Source of the DNA: Monocercomonoides exilis PA203 | Lineage: Eukaryota; Protista; Preaxostyla | Direction of reading: 5' to 3' | Assembly (NCBI GenBank): GCA_001643675.2 | Contig: LSRY02000007.1 | Span: 1 to 64,000, forward strand | DNA length: 64,000 nt | In this document: in pieces, positions 23,101 through 37,500 of the stretch | Layout: every line of letters starts with the position of its first letter | Numbering within the stretch: the first letter of the stretch is position 1 | Notes under the pieces: model-generated | Seen by the model: only the letters and a program-made list of their open reading frames with translations | What the model was told of the DNA's origin: nothing | Database searches by the model: none | Made by a program: the position numbers and the translations under genes

Positions 23101-26100
23101 TTCATTCACAACGGCCTGTTTGTTTGTTCCAAAGAAGTGCTTCTCGAAGCCAGCAGGGGTATTCAATCCTTTCATGTTATTGCCAATCAGCTCAGAGGAA
23201 TCGTCACCAAATTTGGATGTTTCCTTTGGGAAATGGAAAAGTGGCAATGCTGTCAAATGCATCGTCTTTGAGGGCTCAAGTTCCTTGCTGGCATCGAGCA
23301 GGCTGTCTTCGTTTGCTCCTTTCTCTCTGAATGGCATCAGCATAAAAGAGAAAGGGACATCTTTAGTGGTGCTTGAAGAATATAATGGACCGTGGGTCAA
23401 ATCCAAAGAATCCGTATCTTTTTCTCTGATTGGCTGTTCCATTGTATCTTTTACTGAACAATCTGATTGAAGGACAGCTTGTTTCTTATGAATTCCTTTT
23501 TCCATTGCATTTTCTGCTGTTTTTACTCTTTCTATTTCATCCAGAAAATCTCCGTCTTCCCAAAAATGTTCTCTTTTAGCAAAGTTCCATCGATGACATC
23601 TTGTCAATACTTTTCCTTTGTGTTTGTGTTTTTTCCTCCTTTTTTCATCTTTCTTCTCTCTCCTTTCTTTCTCCATCGCCTTCCTCTTCCTTTCTTCCTC
23701 ATCGCGCAAATGATACACAGCCGACGAGTTCAGCGCCTGAAGCGTCGAGTCATACGACAAATGGCCAATGTATCCAGCACTTTCTCCTTTCAATATGGCA
23801 CCGTGGCAATACATGCACACCTCGCTTGTTTCTTCCTCTGCCTCCATTTTTTCCAGCTGGTTTTCAAGTTCAGCTATTTCTGCGTCGATTGCGCTTATCT
23901 GCTGCTTTTTCAGTTCTTCTTTTTTCTTTTCGCTTTCCACTGAATCAACTTCGATTTCGCATTGATTTGTTTTTGAGTCATTTGATTGTGCAACGCTTTC
24001 TTTCGTATCTTCCTTGTTGTCTTCCTTGTTTGAATTCTCTTTCTTTTCCACAACATTGTCAGATTTGTTTTCTTCATTTTCTTTTCCATCTTCTTCCATC
24101 ATGCCAAACGCCTTCATTGCCATCTGTTGTTTTCTTTTCAACTCTTCCATAATTCTTTTTCTTGCTAGTAATGCTTTCTTTTTATTTGCCTTTTTCTCCT
24201 TTTCTTCAAAATCTTCTTCATTTCCTTCTTTGTTTGTTACTTCTTCAATTGCCATCTTCTTTAACTGCTCACTTTTTCTTATCTCTTCCAGCTCTTTCTC
24301 TTTTGCAGAGCGCGAATTGTAAACTCTAATACCAATCTGTTGAAGCATCGTCCTTCTCTTCAATGGATCGTTGGCAGTGAATAGCCAGGTGAGAAGGCGC
24401 AGACGATGGAGAATGCGCGAAAGAAGAGGAAGGACTAATTTTGATGTAAATAAAAGAGTCGAAGATGAAGAAGACGACGAAGCAGAAGAAGAAGCAGAAG
24501 AAGCAGAAGCAGAAGGAGGTGATAAGATGGAAGCAGAGTTTAAAGATGGATCGGAAACATTCAAAGAAGCAGTGCTTTGTGTTGTTGAATCTTTTGCAAT
24601 ATCAGGTGAGAATCTTTCATCTGCTTTTGTATGTTTTTCCTCTTCAACTGAATCTGTGTCTTTACAAAACTCTTCCCATTTTGAGTCGATTAGATTCGAA
24701 AATGGCAATTTCAGAGGATTCGATTCTGAATGAGCAGAAGAAAGAAGAGCAAATAGAAGAGATGCTATGCTATATTTGCAGTCCGAGCATTCAGACGAAT
24801 CGTCTTTGTGAGACGAAGCATTCGCTGGTGACTGTGATAGCGATGGAAACGGAGAGCACGTGCAAGAAAGAGGGAAAAAGAGTATTTCCAAGAAAGAAAG
24901 AGAAGAAGGAACAGAAGGAAAAGCCAAAGGATGCTTTGAATCATTCAGCAGTTGTGGCTGCTGGAAGATAAGATGAGAATTTGTTTTAGAAGAAGAAGAA
25001 CTTTGCTTTTCATCAATAGAAATGTCACTTTTTTGAATGTCGCATATTTCCTGCACGCGCCAAGCAGCGCTGAAGCAGATGGTTACGTCGAGCAGTCTAA
25101 GCGCTGGAATGAGCAATCCTTCATTTGAGGGTGTCTCTCCAAAAGACGGAAGATGGACGGAAGAGCTGTCTGACGCTATCTTCTGCTGGACTGATGAAGG
25201 ATGGAGCGAATAGTGCAAAATCGTCCATATCATCCCAAGCACAGCACGTGAACAGCAAACGTCGAGAAGATGCGAAAGCGACGGATGAGGCAGACGAACA
25301 TGCGGCAGTCCAGGAAGAGGAGGAAGGAGAGAAGGAAGAAAGTGCTTTGGAATAGAGCTAAATATCGGATGTGACGAGGAGCATGCATTCTCAGCGTGTT
25401 GAATGTAATCCTCTTCAAACAGCTCTTCGCCTTTGTACAAGCAAATGCTCCACTTCTTTCTTCTTTCTTCTTTGGCCTGTGCATCATCTTCCTTTTCATC
25501 TGGCTTTGTGTTCCAGCTGCAATAAGACGACGTTAACGTGTTCTCCAGTTTTTGTGTGTAATTCGTTCTGGCAGTCAAACGGCAACAGTTCGAAAAGGGA
25601 TCAGCAAGCAGAATCTTCAGTGGCGCCAGAGAAAGGCATTCTTTTGCAGAGCTGTGGGATGAATAAGCACTTCCTGCAGAGTTTGATGAAGAACCAGGCA
25701 GAAGAGAACGCAGAACCTGCGCAGATGAATTGATGGTGTTCAAAGAAACAGCAGATCTGCCTCTGTTTCTATTGGACTCTTCTGAACTGTTACACAAGTC
25801 TGCGATGATAGGCTCAAAAGACGGGTGCTGTGTAAAGCGAGGATTAAGCAACGAGCACATGCTGGAATACGACCTGGACTTTTCAGAAATCATATAAGAA
25901 GAAAGAGAAGCAACAAAAGAAGGTGTGAATGGGATGACGACAGGCTGATTGGTTGATGTGTGGAAAGAGGGGCATGATGACACAACCTTTCGCGAATTTG
26001 GATTGAGTCGAGGGAAACGGTTGGGGTATTCGATGAATGGAGAAGATAAGTACAAAAATGTAGATTCACAATGAGACGTTGAATCTGATGAAGAATTATC

Positions 26101-29100
26101 TGAAATTGGATGAACTTTTATGAAAAAAGGAGAAGTTGAAGTGAAAGAAACTTCGGAGTTTGTTTCTGTAAGAGTTTTGGAATCGTCGATTTCGTGATTT
26201 AAATAAAAGAGGGAACCAAACGCAGACTCAAGAATAGCTTCTTTCAATGAATAAGAAAAAAATTGTTGTCCATTTTCGGTATCACTTGAATCAGAAGAGC
26301 TTGGGTATCGAGGAGTCATTTCATACATCCATTCCATGTGAACAGGATGAGGATTCAAAAAAGAGTTGTAGCTTGCTGAAGAAGAAGAAGCTGAAGATGA
26401 TTTCGATTTTTGATGTTGTTGGATAAATTCGATATTTGGCAGAAGAGGAAACATCCTGTCAACACAAATAGTAACAATATTAGACAGAAAATATGATGCG
26501 TATGTGAATGATTCAGATGTGCTCATCGACCAGCACACTCCTGCTCTTTCAGGCTCCGAAGGAATAATTGAATCGAAAGGAGTGGACATCTCTGAGATAG
26601 TTTGAGATGGATGCTTCTCGCTTTCCTTCGTAATATCAATCTTTGCGGAATCTGTTTGCTCCTCTTTTTCATGTTCTGATGAGAAAGTATTTATGTATTG
26701 TTCCTTTTCCTTCTCTTTTTCATTTTCTTCATGGTATGGAATTCTCTTCAATCTACTTTTTCTTTCCTCATTCAGCTCATTCCATCTCTTTTCACACCAT
26801 CCGCCTTCAAAGAAGAAGTCAAGTAGCCACACATTCATCATAAAAGCAAAGAACGCATCCCATCCTGCACCACAAACACACAGCTGCATGCAGAACAGCT
26901 CAGGCCCCGCAAAATCGGGGAGGTATCCGGTATAATTCATGATGAAGTAGATTTCTTCAAAAGCCATGTCGTTCCTCCTCCACATTCCGCTGTATTCTTG
27001 GCTTATTCCTCTGGAAATAAGGATTGATTGCTGGCAGCAGCTAAGATAATACGAAGAAGGAAGCGAAGACAAAAGCACGAGCGAGTGAGTGGGCTGCGTT
27101 TTGTGTGTTACTATTAGATAAATTGATGGCTCATATAGCGAAGAGAAAGTATTGTCGGATGAAAAGAATTTCACTAAACTGTTCGTAAGTGAGGCAGGAA
27201 CAAAAGGAGTGTAGCATTCAGACTCAGCTGCTTCCAATGCGTGGAACGAGTGGTATGACACGGTTGTGATAAGAGTTGAGCCCAGATGTGCAAATAATCG
27301 AGGCAATTCGTTGTGGATTGTCCCAGGCGGTTCCAAGTGAATGTGCCGCTGGATCAATGCAAGGATGAATGCCTCTGTGTGTGCAGTGTGTGTGGGAAAG
27401 AGTGAAAGTGGAAATTGAGTTCTCAGCTGGTCAGCAGATGACTGTTCAAAGGATGATACAGATTGCAAAGGAACATGGTTTTGATCCAATCTTTGAGCTT
27501 CATTGAGCACTTCTCGCAAAAATACTTTAATGGGCTTCGTAGGTTTGAACACAAATGTCATTATGTATTTCATAAACATCTCCTTTTCCTTATTCTTGAG
27601 GTCGACTGATTGATTGTCAACATCTTCAAAAAACAAATTTAAAAGAGGAAGAGGAACGTCTTCGTAAGAAAATGTTGCAAGAAACGGAATCGTTGGTGTG
27701 TTGCATTCCTCTAAAAGGAATGGGCTCAGCTTATTAGCTGACTCAACAGTATCGCGTGTTTTATCCTCATTCCCGACCATCTCTTTGCTGATGCTACAAA
27801 GAGGATGGTATGGAAGAACAAGCGAAGAAGGAGCCAAAGAAGATGATCTTGACACAATCAGACAGCTAACAAATTGGAACAGCTGCAGACACCCAAGGCG
27901 ATTACAATTATCTGGCACGCTAATTTTTTGCTCCTCTTGCTCTGAGTCAAGTGAATCGGCTGTTAAATGTTCTGACTCGTGTTGTGTTTGCTGTTCTTCA
28001 ATTGGCATTCGCAGCACGTTTGTGGACGTGTCATTTTCTGTCAACTGGCTGGGCAGGAATGATGCAATCATTGCAATTAAATTGGAGATGTGCTCAACTT
28101 GTAAAAATATATCGAAAAGATCCTCTTTTATTCCTGAGTCCAAATACGGGAGATGTCCGGGTGTCCTAATCAAAGGACATTGGTCACTTGCTGATGCGAC
28201 GAGGAAGATTAAATGCAATAGAAGCAAAAGTGACTGTGGAAAGCCTTCAGGTTCAAAACTTGCAGATGCTGTTTGCGTTATTTTTGTTTTTTGCGAAGGA
28301 AGTTGATGAAAATGAGTGTAGATCTTAAATGGATAATCTGAATAGCTCATTGCAGCAAGTGGATTTTTATAAAAAGAAGTGAGTGGAAACTGAAGTTGCG
28401 AAATATGAGAACTTAAAGAATGTTCACAAGATGTGTCTTGCGAAGATGAAGAAGAAGAAACTGAAGCATCATCGCATTGTATTGATATGTTGACAGGAAA
28501 CAATGAAAGGTTGCTTGTATTGAAACTTTTTGAAGCATGCGCATACGAATTGAAAAAATTATCAAATGATTGTTTTGATTGAAACGAATCTTTATTTGAA
28601 GCTTGTCTTTCACTCGTTTTATCACCATAATCATTTGAAGTAGTTGTATATCTTTTCTCTTCATTATCTCCATTGCCTTTAACACTTATTTTGTTTTTAT
28701 TATTATTTTCATTTGTCTGTTTGTCGATCCACCTGTCAAACAAGCTCAAGTGCTTCATTCCATCTGCCAGAAGTGCTGCATAATACGGAATTCCTAAATA
28801 ATTGATGCATCCCCGGCATCCTGCCCACACTTCGTCTGAAAACATATACATAATTTCCGTGTTAAAAAATTGTATGTCAGCAAATGAATGGAGCGAGGAT
28901 AAGAAACAAGAAGAAGGAAACTGGCTGGTATAACATTTCTGCAAAGTTTGAACAGCATCTGTTTTCATTTCCTTGCCTTTTGTTTGGATTTCAATTAGCA
29001 TCTTCTTTTTTTGCTCTTCTTCAATCATAAACAGAATCCAGTTAAGACGATAACGTTGAGATTCCAATCCATTCTTAACTTTCTCCATGTAGTCCACATT

Positions 29101-32100
29101 TATGTCGTAATATTCATAGTAATCCAAGCCAATCGTTTTGAAGTAGTCAAGCCAGAACTCAATAGATGGTGTTGCATTCAATCCCAAAATGTTATGAATG
29201 AACGACAAATCTGCAAATATCAGAAAATCTGGGTTGATTTCCCTGATAGTCAAACAAAGCTGCGGAGTCATTTGGACGCTCACTGTTGAACTTTCGTCGT
29301 GTTCCGCCGCACAAATAATTCCTTGAAGATTAAGGATTTTACTGCAGTCTTCCACGTCATAGAAAAGATAGTCCTTGTCGAACTCGTAAAGCCAGCTGTC
29401 CAGTTCGTTCCATTCACCGATGCCATTCTGCTTTTTGCTTTTTGTGTTATCTTTCTCCTCTTCTTCCTTCTTTTTCTTTTCGGATAATTCTGCTTTTTTG
29501 TGTTTGACTTTTTCTTTGATTTTCTGCTTCATGATTTTTTGCAACGATGAATTAACGCAGCTAAAATGCTGTAAAATGTTTTTACTGTGAAGATTTCTTT
29601 CTCTTCGGATTTTGATCATTGTCTTTACCTTTTTGTCATCTTTCTTGTTTTGTGACTCATTATTTTTGCAATTGTCTTCATTTTTAATTCCCAATATTCT
29701 TTCAATTCTGTCTTGTTCCACAAAATTCTTCACTTCTTTCCATCTCTTATTCATCCTTTTGTTCACTTCCGCTTTACTTTCACCATTTTGAACCCAGCCG
29801 CATTCTGATGGAATTGCATGCACACTGATCGTGTTCAATCGATCAAACCAGCACTTCACTTGTGTTGCTGAGAATGTGCGTTCGAGTGTAAGTGGGAGGA
29901 GAAATTGCATAAACTCCACAGCTGGCAGCATCCGAATGGAGTCCAAGAGGAAATAGAAAACGGTGTCTGTGAATGCAATGAATGGAAAAGGTGAAGTCAG
30001 TTTATTGTCTGGATTTGGCAAAGAGTTACGATGCTGTTCTAAGTAATCAATAAGCTCGTGAAGGGAAAAAGTGCCACATGTTGAAATATTTGGAAGGATT
30101 GTCTTTTCATCATCAGGATGCAATGGTAATTGTGAATTCTGGCTTAAGAAAGAAGAAGAAGGAGCATTTTCTGGTAGACTGTCTTTGTCAACAAAATTGT
30201 TGATGTGAATGTCCATAATTGATTTGGATTCCATTGCATTTGTTGGAGAAATAGTGTTCAGGTGATTAATGGGCGAAGCTGCCAATGAAGAATAGTTTGA
30301 CGTTGCTTCAGCCATTTCGCTGCATCTTTCTGGAGAGTAACTTCTGAAATATCCAAAATATGTGGAATTGTTCAGGTCTTCTGCTTCCTTGTTTGTATTA
30401 TCGTCCTCAAACACCAACAAATCTTGTGGCTTTGCTTCTTTCTTGACTCCCCTGATGTCTTTCTCTTGCTCTGACAGCGGAGGATATCCGCTTATCCAAG
30501 CTTCTGCACACCTGTTGAATGTGCTCTGGTGCTTCAGCGGATTCTTGGGCCTTTTGTTCATCAGCCCCACCATCACAAGATGTCGTATTCCGCTGCTCTT
30601 TTCAATCAGCTTGTGGAGCGTGTCGAGAAGCGTTGCAAGAACTTTGATTTTGCATTCACTAACATACAAATAGATGGACTTAGCAACATCGAGGAAATAA
30701 CTGCGGAAGGCCAAATAAAGTGGAAGAGAAAGAAATGAAAAGATGAGGGAATTGATAAATGAAGCTGAAGGAACATAAACTGATGAAGAAGAAGACGATG
30801 ACAGAGACTGCGACGACAATGATGAAGCAGATTGCAAACCAGTTAATTCTGATTTTATTGGAGAAAAATGTATTTGATGAGCATTTTGTTCATTGCTTTC
30901 TGGAATGCCAAAGAAAAATGAAGAATTTGAAGAAGACAGCCAGCTGATAGGTGATAATGTTGCAATGAAAAATATTGACTGCAAAACTTGAGTTTCGGAT
31001 AAAGTCGAAAAGCTTTCGGATTTGTAAAGTTTCTCTGTTTGTTCACTTGTGATGAATGGTGCTTCTTCTATTTTGTCTGATTTTTCTCTGCTTTTGTCTT
31101 CGTTTTGCTCTTTGATTGTCATTTCATTGCTGGTTTGCTTATCATGTAAACATTCTGCTTCTTGGCTTCTTTTCCATTTCTGCTCCTCTTCAAACAAAAA
31201 GCGAAGTTCTTCTGGTGAAAATATCAGCAAAGCCTGAGCAGTGTTCAATTGGGCAATTAAATCACTTTCTTTTTTACTCTTTTCTGCATCATCATCATCA
31301 TCATCTTCTTCTTCTTCTTCTTCTTCTTTTTCGTTTTCTTCTTCTTCCCCTTCGTCTTCTTCTTCATCTTCGATCTCATCCACATCCTCATCCTCATCAT
31401 CAGACTCTTCATCATCCTCATCATTTTCGCTTTCATTTTTAGTTTCTTCCTCACTTTTTTCTTCTTCACTTCTTTCTTTGTTATCTCTAACTTCTTCGTC
31501 ATGTCTATCATTTCTTGTTTCAAATTTTTTCATATTTCCAAGTTGAATCGATTTGAGTGAAATATGTTTGTCTTCGCTTTCGCAATGGCATTCATCTTCT
31601 TTGTTTTCTCCTTCAAATTCAGATGTTCCAAGCATCGTTGAACATTTTTTGGCATCTTTTTCTTTTTCACAAAGTAAAACACTCTTTAACTCAGAAATGG
31701 ATTTTACAAGAGCTTCCTTCCAATTCTTAACTATAATTTGTGGTTGAGTTGTTTCCTGACAAGCTAATTGAGCTTCTCCAAGCAACGCACCAAGTATCTT
31801 CAAAATTATGGATTGCTAACAAATATATTTTTTGATCAATAGTAACATATTCAATAAAGATAAAAAATTATTTCATGATATCATCAAAGAAATAGAAAAG
31901 AAATCAATAAAGAGAGATAAAGAAGGATATGATAGCAGCAAACCAAAATGTGTTTTTTGTATTTGGATAATTTGCAGAATTTAATAATCAGCTTTTCGTA
32001 ATCCTCTTCTCTCATATCCAACTTTGAATAAGATTTTCGATCTTTTAAAGTTTTTTCGTTCTTCAGTATTTTTTGCCTCAAATAATATGCATTTGTTTTC

Positions 32101-32840
32101 ATAATATCACACAATGCATAAAGCTCAATAAGCTTATTTATCTTGAATCGTATCAACAAAATGCAATTACACAATGAATGTAACATTCCTTCAATCCATT
32201 CACATAATCTATTCAAACTGATATTTGAATTGTTAAATGTTTCCAGTGGAGATATATTTTTATTGCGATTTGAAAGATGTCGAGAGCACCACCCGCTTTT
32301 TTGCCACGCATCATCGCTTCCACAATCGCAAGTTCCTCCTGTTGCATGTATCTAACAGTCGTACAATAAAAATTGGAACAATTTATAAATTAATACATAT
32401 GTTGATGTTTTGAAAATTAAATTAAACCATTTGATAGTCATGCCCAATATGTTTCTCGGGATCAAAGCAAGCCTGACAGATTGCTGCTGATGAATCTGCA
32501 TCTATTCTTCAAAAAAAACAGCAAAAGCTCTTTTCAATTCAAACCTAATCCGCATGTACGACATTTATAAGCTTTTTCCGAACCATACCATATTGTGCTG
32601 CATTTTTGTTCAATTCGAGTATCTTCTTTTTGAAGCATATTCAAAGTATCTTCCCAATGTTTTCCAAATCCAATAGTACATAATATATTGAATTGTTTTT
32701 CTTCTTCCTTCCATTTTTTAAAAAGCTCGAAATGATTTGCAATTATTTCTTTGACTTAAATTGTATTAAAAATCAGTTAATATATTAAAGCATAAGGGTA
32801 TGTGTGTATACAAAAAGATTATCCAACCTGCATTAGACAT
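17130..32840 (-). CDS. UBR1: Giant UBR1/UBR2/PRT6-type N-recognin E3 ubiquitin ligase (~5,000 aa, multi-exon)
   Basis: Spliced 5' exons give a UBR box: CSTIWYGSEKAYKCRTCGL..SSAAICQACFDPEKHIGHDYQM/IHATGGTCDCGSDDAWQKSGWCSRH (~32280-32600). RING halves CMYC and CTHVIHFRC...CPLC lie in the ~14.3-kb exon. The C-terminal UBR1 domain includes CMLCG and the exon FELYLDKNGEQDIGLKRGRPLTL (~17282-17361). Stop TGA at 17130-17132; start at 32840 is tentative. Confidence 0.9.
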
Positions 32841-34558
32841 CTAAAAGCAAAATTCTTCAGTGATATGGAGCTTTTTAAATTTTTCTCTTTTATAATATTT
32901 TTTATGGGTCAAGAAAATTATCGGTTGGAAATTTTCACTTTATGGAATTTATTCCATATTGCATTTTTTAATATATTTCTCTATTAAATTTTTTTCGCTT
33001 TTTTTTTAATGAAAACGATAGATAAATGGTGATGAAAGAGCAGAAAACGAATAAAACAAATAGTTGTTTTTTTTTATTAATGCAAATTTTTTGTTTTTTA
33101 TCATTTTTATTATTTTCATCAAATTTTTCATTTAATGTTTTCATACGATTGTTGTGTGTGTGTGTTTGTTTTTTTTTCAAATAAAAATTTTTTTGCTTAA
33201 AGAATTTTCATTTCCAAATATTTAGAACAAATTTATCGAAAAAAAATTAAAAAATCTCAAAAGAAAAAACACATACACAATAACTTTATTCAATTGAGAT
33301 TTTGAGCTTTCAACAAGACATTCATTCATTCAATTTTTTATCAAAATCATATTTTATTGATAAATATGTTAATGTGCAAAAGCTTGTATTAAGTTATATT
33401 TTATAAACACAGAAAATAAAAAACTGCATTCGAAGATATTTTTGAATTTATAATGTCAAAAATATTGGCTTTTAATATGATTGCAATAAATGTTGCATTT
33501 CAATTTTTATTTTTATGGATATGATTATAAAGCTAATAATTATCAACGCTGAACAAAAATATCTGATTTCTAAAATAATCATCCAATTCCTTCTAAAAAA
33601 TATATTCTCAATCTATTATTCATATCGAACTTACAGTTTTTCAATCTAAAATTCATGATATAGTTAATTATTCAAAGCACAAGAGATGAACAAAAGGATC
33701 ATTGAACATTTCGTTTTCTTTCAAATATTAAATTTTTCTTTCAAATGGAGCTAAATATTTCACTTCAAATATTTTCATTGAAAAATTATGTACTTTTCGT
33801 TGACTTTTTGTATCCAAAAAACACAATAAAGATGTGTTTATTTTTTGACATTCGTGAAATGTTGAAAAACTTTGTGTTTTGATTTCTTCGATGCCTGTTT
33901 ACAGTATTGAAAATCAAATTTATTTTGAAATCAGAGAAAGCCAAATAAAGTTATGAGTGAAACAATGTTATTTTTGATTCATGCAAAAAAAGCTTGAAAG
34001 TCCGAATTTTCCACCATATTCTTAAAAAAACAATTTTTAAATGGGAACAAATTTTTTGTTTGATGAATTTTGTTCCATTCAGTGCTTTCAAAGTTATTTC
34101 TCAACTGTATACTATTTCTTCATCCCCCCACCCCCATCCCCATGAAAATGATAAAATAATTATTAAAATAATACAGTTAAAAGTTTGTAACAAATCATTG
34201 CTTTTTCCATAAATGAAAGAATTTTGTTCCAGATGCAAGTTTTATGTGAAAATATATTTTATTTTTATTTTTATTTAATAACTATTTATTTTTTGATTAT
34301 TTATTTTTTGAAATCCAATAGTGGACTCTCAAGACAACGTTTCAAGGAAACGACAATATTTGAGCATTCAAAAACAGAAATTTGTTGATAATTCAATATC
34401 TGTTGAATTTAATTTTTTTTTGAAAAAAATCAAAATAGCCCCTTCTTAGAGTTCAATGATTTTGCTAATTTTCAGTTTTCATATTTGGAATATTTTGAAA
34501 TTTTGTTGTTATATTTTATAATGAGATTAAGATCAAAATTGTTGGAGTATTTGCAGAG

Positions 34559-37500
34559 ATGGTACTGTTGATTTTTGCTTTGATTATTCCACATCTTTTT
34601 GATGCAAAAGTTGTGGATGGAGGTTTACTTTACAATTTTTTATTTAAAGCATATTGATTTTGCGACAGTTACTGATAATGCAGGGGTAATTGAAGGAATT
34701 GCCAGGGGCATGTACCATACTGTAAATGTCATTCCAAGAATAAAGCAAAATGCAGTGATAGATGGAACTGAATTTGAAATCCAAAGTTTTTCAGATGTGG
34801 CTGTACATTTTTTGGTTGCAAATAGTCGTTCTTCAAAGGATGTGTGGACTTTAATATCGAAATATGCAATTGTATGCGTTGCAGTTCGAACTTGCTTGTC
34901 AATTTTTTAATAAAATTTGATTATTAAGTCAATCGTCAGCGTTTGCATTGTTACGGCTGTAGCTTTTCTGGCTTTTTTTGTTTTATCGGTAATTTGGTGC
35001 TTTTGCCAATGCATTGGTACACGTCCAAATTCAGATGTTCGACCACGTTGCTGTGCGGTTTGTCGTTGGAAACAAAATCGAAAAGCTGTTTGGATATGCA
35101 GGATCATTTTCTCAATAATGTGTTTAATGATGCTGTATGATAATATTACACACAAAACTCTTGAAATTTCAACCTTATTAATACTCACCTTTTAACGTTT
35201 CAATATTTTTGTAGATTTGGAGTCATAATCACAACAGTGGGAGGAATATTAACAAATGAAAGCGTAAAACTTGTGTTCACAAACTGCACTGGAACTATTG
35301 GATGGTTTTCCGAAAGCATTAACAAACTAAAAGTCGTTACAGAAGGTATTTATTAATCTTTTGTTGTTATATTAACTTTTCTTTTTTAATATTGAAATTA
35401 TATTTTATAAATCCAAAACTTGAACTTAAACATTTGTACGATTCCGAATTTCTGTATTTTTAAACTTTTTTATTTACAAATGATAATCCCAAAAAACAGT
35501 GGGAAATGCTTACGGAGATATGACATCGTCTGTTGAAGAGTATATAATGAATGATGGAGGCTTAGAAGAATACTACAAACTTCTAGAGCACGCAGAATCT
35601 CTTGCCAACGGACTGAATATTATGTATGCAATTTACAAACTATTTGAGAAAAATTAATGAAAAAGAAACGATTATATGTTAACATTCGAATTTTCATAAT
35701 TTTATTTTCTTTTTTTGGGACATTTTCATTTTTATAATGTTAATTATATTTAAATAGAAATAAGCAATTCACCAGCATAAAAGATAGCAATAGTTTCACT
35801 GCTGTAGATGATCTTCCCGATTTGAGCAACTCGATCATATCTTTCAACACAGCTCTGGATCCAATTCATTCATCTTATTCATATCAATTCACAAACTCTC
35901 CAATAACCAAAGACAGAGGCAGCAATGAACCAGCTGATGTGTTGACAAAACTAACAGAAATGTGTGAAAGTTGTGAGAATATTCTGGTGCCTGCACATGC
36001 TGAAATGGCAAACTTCATCAAAAGTCTTATTCTTCTCAACAACAACAACATCAATGGAGACGAGGCAAATGGTGCAACTGATGGTTCATTCAATCCAACG
36101 TTGAGCAGCATATTTGACAGAATCAACACAGCAAGAAATAAAATTGTTGGAAACGTTTCAAGTTCTTTTCCATATATAGATTTTGCAGCCATTAACAGCA
36201 GTTTAAATAGCGGAAAGGATGTAATAGATAGAGTATTGAATGATTCACAAAACAAAGAAATAATAAAGACAGCTGCTTTGAAGTATTTGGGGGTGATGAG
36301 CGATCTGCTTGAGGCCATTAATTCTGCAGCTGTTTTTGGTGATGACGGAGAGGTTTATTCTTGCAGCAATCTTCCTCCCTCAGAACCAAATACATCTTCT
36401 TCATCTTCTTCATCTTCTTCATCTTCATCACACACTTCATTTTTATCTCTTAATGAAATGTCTGAACCCAGCAATTATCATTTCTCACACGCCAAACAGC
36501 ATCCAACTAGAAAATTGACTGGCAATGAAGCAACTACGGAACTTAAAATAATCAAAGTCGATGAGAATTTAGTTACCAAAGTAAATGCCGAAGAAAACAG
36601 AGAAGTACAAGGAATTACAGTTTCAGATGATAATATTCCTGAAAACATTACAAATTTGGATTGCTTTGAAAATGCTCGTAAAAACTTATCGTCACTTGCG
36701 ATTGGGCTGGGTGTGCTGGACAATGCGATTGGCCAGGTGGACGAGGTGTTCTACGAAGCATCCGACACGCTTGTCAGAGGAGGCAACTACATCGGCGAGC
36801 TGTACGGCTTCATCGACGAGTTCAAGGCGCTGTACACTTCCTACGGGGATGTGATTGTGTACTCGGTGGCAGGCTTTCTGGGGGCGTTTATGCTGCTCCT
36901 GCTGTCGACGCTGGTGTGCGGGTGGTGCTGTTCAGACGACTCCATCGTGTGCTGCTCGACCCTCTGCAACGAGGTGTTTGTGGTCATTCTGGGCGCAGTA
37001 GCTGTTGTGCTGTCCTTCTTCGCATTCGGCTTTATGGATGTCTATCGGGACTTTTACGAGACGACAGACCTGTCGAAGTTCAACCCGGTGTTTAATTACA
37101 TCGTCGATCTGACAAAGAAAGAGGACAACACAACAGACACACCAACAAACGGAGGGAAAGGACAGTTCACAAAGGAAGTGGAAGAGCTCATAGAAGAAAT
37201 GGAAGAAAAGAGAGCAGAATATTTGGATCGGATGGAGAAGAGAAAGAATAGAACGAGCAGAATATCTCATTTCGTGTCTCTGTTGGAGCCACAGTCTCAG
37301 TCGCATTCTTCTTTTGCTGAATCGTCTTTTTCTGAAAATCGATCGCCATTCAACGAAGGCGCCTCTCATCTCAATCAAGATGACACCAACATTACAGTTC
37401 CAGATTTCAATGGGCTGTTCCCATTTAACAACCTCGTTGGCTCAGATGTTGCGACATACTATTTGCGGTGGAGCGAAGACAAACAGAATCCATTACATGC

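Noticed and set aside
17765-31747. Numerous antisense ORFs (Phe/Ser/Leu-rich) over the large genes
   Set aside because: They are shadow frames of Lys/Glu-rich coding sequence.
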